DNA of 63,527 nucleotides, counting the filler, from Lenisia limosa (taxonomy: Eukaryota; Protista; Breviatea), in assembly GCA_001655205.1 (NCBI GenBank). It is 16 parts of 16 records of this genome, joined end to end, with 100 filler letters (N's around TTAATTAATTAA, not from the genome) between each part and the next. Parts side by side here need not be neighbours in the genome. Positions count along the whole stretch, not along the records: positions 46,781 to 54,882 come from LPNZ01007695.1; positions 54,983 to 56,534 come from LPNZ01005214.1; positions 56,635 to 60,318 come from LPNZ01002301.1; positions 60,419 to 61,920 come from LPNZ01008967.1; 12 more parts are not named here. The stretch is one strand, 5' to 3'. The notes beneath the pieces were generated by a model, which was given only the letters and a program-made list of their open reading frames with translations, was not told the DNA's origin and ran no database searches. Shown here one piece after another: positions 51,358-62,020 of the stretch; positions within the stretch are counted from its first letter, which is position 1, and each line of letters opens with the position of its first letter. Both the position numbers and the translations under genes were made by a program.

Positions 51358-53805
51358 ATGTCTCAGCAACCTATTGCCCAACAACAACAGCCGCAGGTTT
51401 ACGGCCAGCAAGGCGGATACCCGCAACAAGTTTATCAAGGAACTCCCCCCAATCCCCTTGGCTTCCGCCATGGACTCTGCGGGTGCTTTGATGACTTAAC
51501 TGTAAGGGAAAATTCTCAAATCTCGAAGACTGATCCTTCCCAGATTTGCCTTTGCGGCTATTTTTGTACTCCTTGCCTCTATGGTGATGCTAAGGCCAAG
51601 TTTGACGGCAGCAGCTGCGTTGTTTGGTCCTGCGTGGAGTATGCTGGGACATTCCTCCAAAATTGAATTCTATCCTTATCGTCAATTCTCCATTGCAGCC
51701 ATAAAGCCTACTCGGTTCATAGTATGAGTCTTTAATTATACTTCTGATACAGGGAAGCAGATTATATTCTTTTTTAAAAACAAGGGGCTTCACAGATGGA
51801 ATACTGATTTCGGTTTTACAGGACCCAGCCAATCAACTCTGTCTCTCTTGTTACAACCTGTGCTTTCTTTCCATACGTGTGTGTTGCACCAACATTTTGC
51901 GTTTTTCATTTCACAGGACCCTCATGACCGGTATTGGATGCTGCTGCATTCTGCCGATGATGCTCAGAAAGGACGCCTCTCTGGCGTTCGGTTGGGGGAG
52001 GGGGGGTAAAATTTGAACCGCTTATAAAATTTACGTTGGGCGTAACATTAAGAAACTACTCGCGTTCATTTACCAAATTGAACAAGGAAAGTAATTGTAG
52101 TTAATATGGGATTATCTCACTGAGCGCTTAATAGTCGTATTTCTATCACCATAAGTAAGGATTGTGAAAACCCAGTTTAATACCCCCCCCCCAGGTATCC
52201 CCCCTCCTCAGTCTGNNNNNNNNNNNNNNNNNNNNNNNNNNNNNNNNNNNNNNNNNNNNNNNNNNNNNNNNNNNNNNNNNNNNNNNNNNNNNNNNNNNNN
52301 GCTGCTGTTGGTCTTGTTCGATATGCCAAGTTGCTATGGTGGGTCATGATCACAGGAGGCTGTATGTACAGAGTTTTAGGGCAGTGATTTGGTGAATTAA
52401 TGTTTTACTATAATCCAATATCTCTAATAAGCGTGATGGCTTCGGCCAGATATTACCTTTTTCCATTTCTATATACAGTGACCTTGACTGATTTTTCTTG
52501 GGAAATCAGTCAAAACTTATCCCGGTCACTGTACATATGAATACTAAATGTGTAATAGTATAGTATATCAGTATGTAGGATCATGTTTCCCAAATATTAA
52601 ACCAATAGAGTTGATTGGAGTTTTAATCCCCCCCCCCCACAGGAAATTGATGACCGCATTAAAGAAGGCTCTTTCATCGAGGGTTCTGGAGGCGCTGCTG
52701 CCCAAGTGAGGTGGACTCCTTCACTTGGCTTAATATCACAATTTTACCCACTTTTTTGGCTCCAAAATGAAGCTCTCTACCTTAAATATGTACTCACTCC
52801 TTGCCGGATCTCTATGATCCTAGTTTTCAGAGACTTTATTGCAAACAACTGTGTGTCTCCGCCTCACAACATTTAGCCTCAATACCAGGCAGTTGCAGGC
52901 TACCCTCAGGCTCAAGGTATATTTCTATTTTTTTGCTTTCTTTACCATATTATTATATCATCATATGTATCAGTGAGGTATTCATGAAAGGTTGTTAGTG
53001 ATGGAGGGAATGACAAGCCTGTTTATAGCATTACAAATACACTTAATATCATATACTATAGCTACTGTATATATTACTCTTCAATTGTTTATTATCCAAA
53101 GCATCGCCACAAATCCTTTATGTGTTTCCCCTATCTTTTGCCTCTTTTAACCTTGCCCTCAGGCGGATACCCCCAACAAGGCGGTTACCAGCAGCAGCCT
53201 CCCCAGCAACAGCAGGTTTGGGGAGGTACTACTACCTATATTCGGACGGCTTTGGTCATATACAACCTTTTCTATTTCTCATTTCTATATGATATGATAT
53301 GGAAATGATATATTCTGACCTTATGCTTTGATCGATATGATATTATTTCCCCTAGAATAATCTGTCAAGACTTGTAATATGATTTTATAAGAAGAATAGT
53401 TGTAAATTGGTTCCGCTTCATTCTTCTCCTTTTAACATCTTAAGTACCAGCAAGCCCCTCCTCCCCAGCAGCAACAGGTTTGTGGGGGGTCTAGATGATG
53501 ATTATGCTGGATGGTGATGATGGTGATGATAGTACACTACGGCGCATTGACTTGGAATTCCCTCATATTATTTGGAAACCTCTTCAAATTTCCATAAAAT
53601 TCCATGGGATTCCCATGTAAACTTTGAGAATTCCAACATGTTCACAATCCCAAGTCAATGCGCCGTAGTGTGATGTGATGATGGTGTTGATGATTGGGGA
53701 GGGGGCGATGTTCCAGTTGGGCCACATTATGAGCTTGGTATCACTGCAAACCTCTTACCCCCTAGTACCAACAGCAGCCTCAATACAGCGCCCCTCCGGC
53801 CCAGG
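51358..53805 (+). CDS. PLAC8 / cornifelin-family Cys-rich protein with Q/P/Y/G-rich termini
   Basis: FRHGLCGCFDDLT / ICLCGYFCTPCLYG / CCWSCSICQVAM are canonical PLAC8 motifs. The last exon(s) are probably masked. Confidence 0.8.
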
Positions 53806-54263
53806 TCTGTGGGTCTGAACGTTTACCAAAATTGTCGCCACGGTTTTCTTTTTCCTTTTTTTTTTTTTTTTTNNNNNNNNNNNNNNNNNNNNNNNNNNNN
53901 NNNNNNNNNNNNNNNNNNNNNNNNNNNNCCGTTTGACTCACAGCTTCCCTTTTCTGTCCCCTTTTCTGACCCGATTGCTGTTTATGTTTGAACGTGATTT
54001 GTTTTGATGTATAATCTTGTCATGATTGTGGGTTTTGTGTTTATAAGCTCCCGGTTTATATTGTGCATTTGAAAGTAACAGAATTAAGCCATATTTGCTA
54101 TTTTTGTTCAATCAAGGTTCTCTCCATTTCTGACCCCTTTTAGTAAGTTCAATAAGATGTCAACTTCTGTCCATTGAATCTATATTATTATTGTCTTTAT
54201 GTATGTTAAACTAATCGGTGCATTTTAGCCAAAATATGCTCATCATTTGGTCGATTCGTCAGC

Positions 54264-54366
54264 CTCGGGGAGGGGGTGTAATTGGAAATTTATGAAACAA
54301 AATAAAAGCCCAAAATCACTCTGTTGACTTATAACACACGAGGGTTGAAAACAAAAACCACAAAAC
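54264..54366 (-). repeat. Complete family B intron-like copy (103 nt, GT...GAG)
   Basis: Reverse complement GTtttgtggttttgttttcaaccctcgtgtgttataagtcaacagagtgattttgggcttttattttgtttcataaatttccaattacaccccctccccgAG. Confidence 0.7.
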
Positions 54367-55229
54367 CCAGGCCAGTCGCTCAGTGCCCATCACGATGAGC
54401 AAATTACTGTTGTATGAACAAACTCTTCGATTTGGGTGGTCAATTTTAAAATAAAAAACAGATTCACAGATTCCCACAGCACTAAAAAATAACAAAAAAA
54501 AAATATGGGAGTGGAAGATTAGAGGTTCACCCATGTGTGTGTGGAAACATAGTCCAACCCTTTTTTGTCACACCATGAAAGCTAAGTAGCCCCTCATCAT
54601 TATGAAAGAATCAGNNNNNNNNNNNNNNNNNNNNNNNNNNNNNNNNNNNNNNNNNNNNNNNNNNNNNNNNNNNNNNNNNNNNNNNNNNNNNAAAACTTCG
54701 ATAAAGAGTGACCAGGATAAGTCTTGACAGATATTTCAAGTCTCTCTGTTATATCGCTGGAAATTGTAGACTTTAAAAACGAAGCTGAAGCTCTACAGAA
54801 AGTAAGGAATAGCACTCTTTCATCTCCCAAAGACGGCCGCACACCATCTCCCAAAGTCCCCTACCCACATACACACACACAANNNNNNNNNNNNNNNNNN
54901 NNNNNNNNNNNNNNNNNNNNNNNNNNTTAATTAATTAANNNNNNNNNNNNNNNNNNNNNNNNNNNNNNNNNNNNNNNNNNNNTATACACATATCGATATA
55001 GAGTATTATATATATTAGATTATCGATATATATATTATATATAAAGTGACAGGGATAAGTTGTGACCGATTTGCTAAATGATTTCCCAAGGAAAATCGGT
55101 CAAGACTTATCCCGGTCACTGTATACATATGATATAGAGTATTAGCTATATGATACTAGATGATGATACTCTAAAGCAGCCCATTTCCTTTCATTATTTC
55201 TAGCTTGAACGAGCAAAAGAGCATAATGA

Positions 55230-56500
55230 GAAGGTGGCCACTCCAAGTACCTGAGGGTAAAGGGCGACATTTTGACGCGTTCCACTGCAGTGAGGGGTAC
55301 ACAGTCGCACATAGAGGAAGATTTGGTCTNNNNNNNNNNNNNNNNNNNNNNNNNNNNNNNNNNNNNNNNNNNNNNNNNNNNNNNNNNNNNNNNNNNNNNN
55401 NNNNNNNNNNNNNNNNNNNNNNNNNNNNNNNNNNNNNNNNNNNNNNNNNNNNNNCCATCATCACTACCATCATCATCACCATCATCATCACTACCATCAC
55501 CATCATCCATCATCGTCATCACCACCACCACCACCATACCTGTTCAGTAGCTGAGCAGAGACCAGCGTTCACGGGGTCAACAGAGAGCAGACCCGGGAAG
55601 AGTGTGAGTTTGTGGCTGAATTGTGTGAGTTTATGCAAGAAACATTTATTGCAATAATAGAAAACGCCTAACAATATCCAAGCAAAGGCTGTTCTGAAAT
55701 GCGCTATCCAAAAACGGTACCAACATTACTGTGTACAAAAAGCCAAAAATAATGATAAAAAATTACAGTGAATTGACACCAAAAAGATCAAAGCCCCACC
55801 CACTTCTTCTTTTTGACAACAGAGGGGGCTTCAATAGCGTCCGGCTGAACCGTCATCAAAATTCCCACTCTCCTCAATCGGTATGCGAGTGTTTGTGTGT
55901 AAAATATTAAAGCATCTTTGAGAGATAATATGCACATGTGTGTTATTCTTAGTAGAAATTAGTTAGCACGAAATACCACCAACCACCACAACCAAACTGA
56001 TTTTATTTATTTACCCACATCACATTAGTACCTGGTATATCATCTAATTATGTACAACAATCTCCATACAAATACTCCCTACCACATTGCTTCCGGCTGC
56101 CATACTGCTGAATGGGATTTCATCCTCCTCTCCGACACTGCAATGTCAGGGGGGGGGGTGGAGGCTTGATATTGATTAAACAAAAAAAAACATCTCTTTT
56201 GACACACAAGGGATTCAAAACAACAAAGCCCAGGTAAGTCGCTTCTGTAGCGCCGCATCCCTGTGAAACTAGACAAAAGAACTGAAAAAGGAAGAAAAGG
56301 AAGAGGAAGGTAAACAAGAACAACAAGAAGAGCAGCATAAAAAACAACACCTCCACCATCATCCCTACCTAGGCACGGGGGTATCCAACGGGTCAGCGGC
56401 GTCCTTGCCAGTCACACTCAGATAGTAGGCGTCAACAGGACAGCTGTCCGTCTCATAATAGGGATGGTCCATGATGCCTGCAAAGCCTCTGTGCGAAGGC
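55230..56500 (-). CDS. Hypothetical multi-exon protein fragment
   Basis: Exon PSHRGFAGIMDHPYYETDSCPVDAYYLSVTGKDAADPLDTPVPR is the only open frame and follows a poly-C AG acceptor. Downstream frames are ambiguous. Confidence 0.35.
55455..55535. repeat. (CAT/CAC)n microsatellite
   Basis: ccatcatcactaccatcatcatcaccatcatc... Confidence 0.85.
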
Positions 56501-56929
56501 TGGGGGGGGGGGGAAAGGAAGTTAGGAAACAAAANNNNNNNNNNNNNNNNNNNNNNNNNNNNNNNNNNNNNNNNNNNNTTAATTAATTAANNNNNNNNNN
56601 NNNNNNNNNNNNNNNNNNNNNNNNNNNNNNNNNNTATATAAAAATAGAATACGGAGTTTTGAATAAAATACGGAGTTTAGGTTGCCTAGCATATCATATA
56701 CAATATGATATGATAACATAGTAGTAATTATAGTATGATAATTGTTGGATAAGCTGAATACTTGAGACATTTTTTCAGCATAATTAAGCTAATTTTGCAG
56801 GCATGTATTAACACTATCTGTGGACCAACAATTCTCTATTCTGTAAGCTTGGAAATTGTTTTATTATCAACAGATGATGTGCTGAAGTGAATTCCGCCAG
56901 CCACATCCTCTAACTTATTATCTCACGCC

Positions 56930-59790
56930 TCCAGGTCCCTAGAATCGGTGTCGTGAAGGTGGGTACATCAAGACGCAACATAATAGACAGCTGTTGTCGT
57001 TTTGTTATAAACTAGGCATATTTCCTGCCTGCTGACAAAAGAACCTTATTTCTTGCTTTCACGTCTTCCAGAGAGCAAACAGCGCGTCCGGCAATCCCGT
57101 TGGACTGGCAGATGCGGGGTTTTTCTCATATCCCGATGGTGACTGGTCAATGGAGGTATGCACAATGGACTTCTGATAGTATTATTCTTATTTGGAGCTG
57201 CAGTCCCTTGTGTCTAACTTCCTTAGCATTGGGGCAAGATTGAGCCGGGCACCGCAAATACCTACTACTCGATCATGGGATCGGCAATTAATACGCCCTG
57301 TGTCACTGCAGTGGAGTGCTACCACTCAATTTTTCAGATCAAGCGAGTGACTGTAAGCGGTTTATTGTTTATATTGGTCATAGAGAAGTAGGCTGTCATT
57401 TCCGTGTTGATGTTTTGTTAGCAATGTTTTTTATTATGTTGAAGTATTTTCAATATTATATTTCAAGCAATTCACCAAAGTCACCTTTCTTTAGAGTACG
57501 CAGTCATTGGTCCACTTTTTCAGTAACAACAACAAAATTACTACCGATACCCTCTTTACCCCAAGTAAGTCATTTTCAATTTCGTTGGAATACAATTAAT
57601 AAATTACCATGACCCTTCCTCTATCCTGGGACTTATTCTTCTTTCCGTACCTTTCCTATTGTTTGATCATTTAGTCCTAAACGCATGGAACCACTTTGCG
57701 ATCTCCTACGATAGCTCAGCAAAGGTGAGGGGTGTTGTATGGAGAAGCTAAGTGTTTTATAACACGACTTTCTCAGGGGCAACTACTGTTGGGGTAACCA
57801 GATGCCAAAAAAGGGTGTACCTTGTTACCCCAACATGGAAAATTGGCCTGTGTCACACCCTGAAGTAACTTAGGGCTCTGGAGATGTCGGGCGAGGGATG
57901 GGTAGGGAATAAACAATGCAGAATTAGTTGTGTTTTTTGTGACATTGTAAGAGAATAACACACACACACACCTTATCTGAATAGCTTGGCACAGAGGCTA
58001 ACAGTAAAACAGCCAGGAGTAGATTAGTTCCGGAGCGCCCTTGATTCACTGTGACCTTGTGGGATTTTTGTAAAGGCCAAAAGAAGTTATCAAGTGGCAG
58101 ACTGTTTTTACTCCATACCTGATGCGAAGTTCAGAGAAGTCAGAATGAGATCAAACAGATTGAAGAAAACATACAAGCACTACATTTAGGATGTAAAACA
58201 TACTCTCACTTTTATCGTCGGCCTTTCATCATGACTTACTCCATTAATTGCCACATTGTCCCAGGTGTGCATATTTTAAATTTAGAATTATCTTGGAAGC
58301 ATACCGATAAGCTGATATTTCTCTGCAATATTTGAAATGACTCCACCAAGCAAACAAGCTGCATTTGGAATGATGTTTTTGGTTTTGGCACACCATTAGT
58401 GAGAGTTGAAGAAAGTAGGATACCAAAGACGGTGTTCTATTCATCTTTTCAACTTGCAATAAAAGCTGTGAAACTATATCAGAATGGTCTACCTTTCCCA
58501 GAGTGTCAGTATCATTCATGATTTTGTGTACAGTGTCGCGAACAGCAATTGGAATTTGATCACTTGGTCTTTTTTTTTTAATCTTCTGTACATTTAAATT
58601 TGAACAACTGCTACAAATCAGGTACTTTTGGTTATTTCCTTTAATTATTGCAAGTTGTGTACATTCTCTACTTCTATATCCACTTCCGCATTGAAAAATT
58701 GATGAATCCACTAGCACCAATTTTTGAACTTGAGGAAATGCAGCATTATCAGGTGTGATGCCCAAGCATGGTGGAGGTGGTGGAAATGAATTCTCAGAAC
58801 GAGGATCTAGCCAATGAATTATCAGAACGAGGATCTAGCCAAGATATAATGTAATGTTTTGAAGCCCATCATACATTGACAGGAGTCTTTTAGCCCAGGT
58901 GATAGAGAGTGTTAATGAATGGATGAATTACTTGTTATTGCTGATGAAATGTACCGAATCCTTCACAAAGAGTTTACTTTTGATAAGCCTTTTGCTATTT
59001 ACAAGTAGGAAGAGTTTTAAGACTATAAACATTTCGGTTTGGGTTACCAGGTGCATTTCTCCTTTCTCAGTGGTTTTAGGTATCTATTAAAGCAACTTTT
59101 GATTATTTTCCCCTCTCCATATCATAAGCTACTTATTGCCCCTAGGTACTTGTTATATACATCAATGGGGCGGTTTATGAGACCCACAGTGGCGTTACTG
59201 GACCAGTTACTGATGAAGCAGTGAGAACACTTGGGGTTATTACAATTTAAGTACCAGTTTTGCCTCCTTTTTGCAATCGTACCCTGCCAAATCTTGCCTA
59301 ATTTGTAGGAGTTTGTTCCAGCCACACACTTCTGGAACACTGGCGGAAATGTGCCGTATACGACTAATAAGGGCCTAATTGCGGGAGATGAGTTCACTTA
59401 TGTGGGAAGCGTGGGGTTGTTTTGGAGTGGTTTATAGCATACCAAATTTTTGGGGGCTAATTTGCAGGGCACCGTGCAATTAATTGTAATTTTTATTGCC
59501 GAGTTTGAAGTGTGACATATTGTCATGGGAACTCCATTTCAGACACTTTGATTTCAAATTTTGTCAATCAACTTCCTCAAAAAATCAATTGCACGGAGCC
59601 CTGGTAATTTGCTTCTAGGGAGGGGTCTTCACAGAGTGGTTTATCACCCCATCAATCGTTCATCCGATTAAAGTATCTCACACGAACACCCATTATTGAA
59701 ATTATTGTTGACACCCCAGGTTCGTCTCTATAACACGTCTTTCTCCTCTGCAGATGTCTCCAACCTGGTCTCAACCGGACCAACTTACGA
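56930..59790 (+). CDS. LamG / concanavalin-A-like domain protein, partial
   Basis: Exons AWNHFAISYDSSAK (W.H.a.tYD) and VRLYNTSFSSADVSNL (vRiYn..Ls..ei), separated by a long apparent intron. Confidence 0.4.
58050..59397 (-). mobile_element. Possible decayed DNA-transposase remnant (P/THAP9-like)
   Basis: Intronless ORFs 59122-59397 and 58244-58765 with CxxC pairs, REISAYRYASKIILNL and a downstream HDERPTIK. Resemblance only. Confidence 0.3.
59465..59603. mobile_element. hAT-like MITE family G (related partial copies at ~5600-5680, 15525-15640, 19490-19570)
   Basis: TIRs CAGGGCACCGTGCAATT / AATTGCACGGAGCCCTG. Flanking 8-mers CTAATTTG/GTAATTTG. Confidence 0.75.
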
Positions 59791-60744
59791 GGTTCTTAGT
59801 GCAATCCATAATATTGCTTCTTTGGTTAATAAAGGCCTTTTTCATTGATATTGTATGTGTGGAGTGTTCTCGTTTTCCTGACACGTCTAGACGCCACATT
59901 TAGACTCGCTGGTGTTTGAGTTTATGCCAGGCACGGGAGAATCGTATAGTCAAGACGTGGAGTATTCTCTCATTTACTGACCTGTTTTGATACATCTGTT
60001 CATTGACAGTTGAGGACTGTACTGTCATATGAATGTCCCAAATAAGCATTCAGGAAATGTAATCCATTTGAGAAGATTAATAAGCTGAAAGTCCTTTGAG
60101 ATTGTTGCGCAAAATTGAGGGTTTTACTTGAGGTCATCGATTAGACAAAACACCGGCAATGTGAAACGAAAGGTACTCCAAACACAATACATAAAAAAGC
60201 GAAATAACCCACCCATACAAGAAAAACAAGAAACATACATGCCTACGAACGGGCACAAACTTTGAGGGGGGTGGGAGCCCAGGTGCTTTCCGCTGTGTCA
60301 TCGTCACTGAACAGCTCTNNNNNNNNNNNNNNNNNNNNNNNNNNNNNNNNNNNNNNNNNNNNTTAATTAATTAANNNNNNNNNNNNNNNNNNNNNNNNNN
60401 NNNNNNNNNNNNNNNNNNACGACGACGTCCGCCTCTATGAACACTATGGCTGCCGTTGTAACGTTATCGCCAATTCCGCCTAAACTCTCCCAGACTTTGG
60501 ACATTGTAGGAGGCTGCATTGGGATACATTTAATTCAGTTTTTGGAAAAATAAACAAATACATAATACTCCATGTTGCAAATACATACACTCCTTAGAAT
60601 GAACTTTGTTTGCGGTTTTCTCAAATATTAAGCCATTGGAGTTGATTTTGGGTTGATGTGATTCTACCCCTCAGCCCATCATCACAATCAATAACCCCCA
60701 TTTTACGTTCCAATATTACCATCATCATCCCCCCCCCCCCCTTA

Positions 60745-61495
60745 GCCCAAGCCCAAGGCCGAAAGCGTCAAGGGTGATGACGATGACAACATCCCTTGCA
60801 TCCTTGCAACGTCCCTCGAAATCCCAGCTAACTTAAAAGGCATTCCACATGCTCGGCTGCCTCAGGGTATTATTGTGGGGGGGGGGGTAATGATGATGGA
60901 AGATGAATGAAGATAATGATGGTAATTCAATGTAAAATGAAAACTTAAAACTTAGGGGTCATATCACTTCAACATATGATATGCAAACACCTTCAATACA
61001 CACTCACAGTATATGGTAAAACTAGGGCTTCCCTACGGTCCCCGAAAAAGCTTGATAAATACCGAGGGTTTATCGAGGGTTTATCGAGGGTTTATTGAAA
61101 AATTCAGTCATTTTAGGGACTGGTCCTTTATATAATACAACCCTCCCAGGTGGCCGGTTAATTCCCGCATTTTTTTTTTGAAAATAATTACCCCGCAGGT
61201 GGCCCCGTCAGATCGGCCGTTAGTGGTCATTCGAATGCAAGGTGCTGAGTCCGTTTCGGTCAAAAGCTACAAGGACGGGGGGAAGGTGGGAGGATATTGG
61301 TGTGACATTTTGCAATTAGATTGTACAGACAATTGTGATCATCAATTGTGATCATCATTGTACTAAGGTATGATATGATATGATATGATATGATAGTATA
61401 TTGCTCCACCAGTGACCTTGTATATAGAACATGGAGAATTCGATTTCCCCCCATTGCGGCACTCTTCTTCTCGATATTTCACCTGCAGGAAGGTG
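60745..61495 (+). CDS. Hypothetical multi-exon protein fragment
   Basis: Exons PKPKAESVKGDDDDNIPCILATSLEIPANLKGIPHARLPQ / VAPSDRPLVVIRMQGAESVS / NSISPHCGTLLLDISPAG. Confidence 0.35.
61023..61105. mobile_element. hAT-like MITE family A, with an internal 10-bp tandem expansion and a decayed right end
   Basis: tagggcttccctacggtcc...(cgagggttta)x3...aaattcagtcattttaggg. Confidence 0.65.
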
Positions 61496-62020
61496 AGCAC
61501 GTTACATTCTACTATATCGTCCCTCTTCATTCAATTTTGTTGAGTATTTTGCCTTGTTTCATAAATTGTCCACCCATCCATCAAGCTGATTATTTTTATT
61601 TTTTTTTTTGTTCAATAATTATTCATTCTCACCCCCCTCCNNNNNNNNNNNNNNNNNNNNNNNNNNNNNNNNNNNNNNNNNNNNNNNNNNNNNNNNNNNN
61701 NNNNNNNNNNNNNNNNNNNNNNNNNNNNNNNNNNNNNGCTTCAATCACTCGGCAAATCGCGTTACGTTCACTTCGTTACGCTACTTTGTGTAGGGGGTGG
61801 TGGGTGTTGGAAGTATACTTTGAATGAGTGTAGATGTCCTTCTTAATTCGTTATTTTATCTCAGGGTTTTGTTTCTCTCTTTATTCAAAAACGGTGTTGT
61901 CAGCCAACAGAGTTGATCGCNNNNNNNNNNNNNNNNNNNNNNNNNNNNNNNNNNNNNNNNNNNNTTAATTAATTAANNNNNNNNNNNNNNNNNNNNNNNN
62001 NNNNNNNNNNNNNNNNNNNN

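Noticed and set aside
56228-56242. ACTTACCTGG (minus) as a U1 snRNA 5' end
   Set aside because: Nothing downstream resembles U1 stem-loops or an Sm site. It lies at an exon/family B junction.
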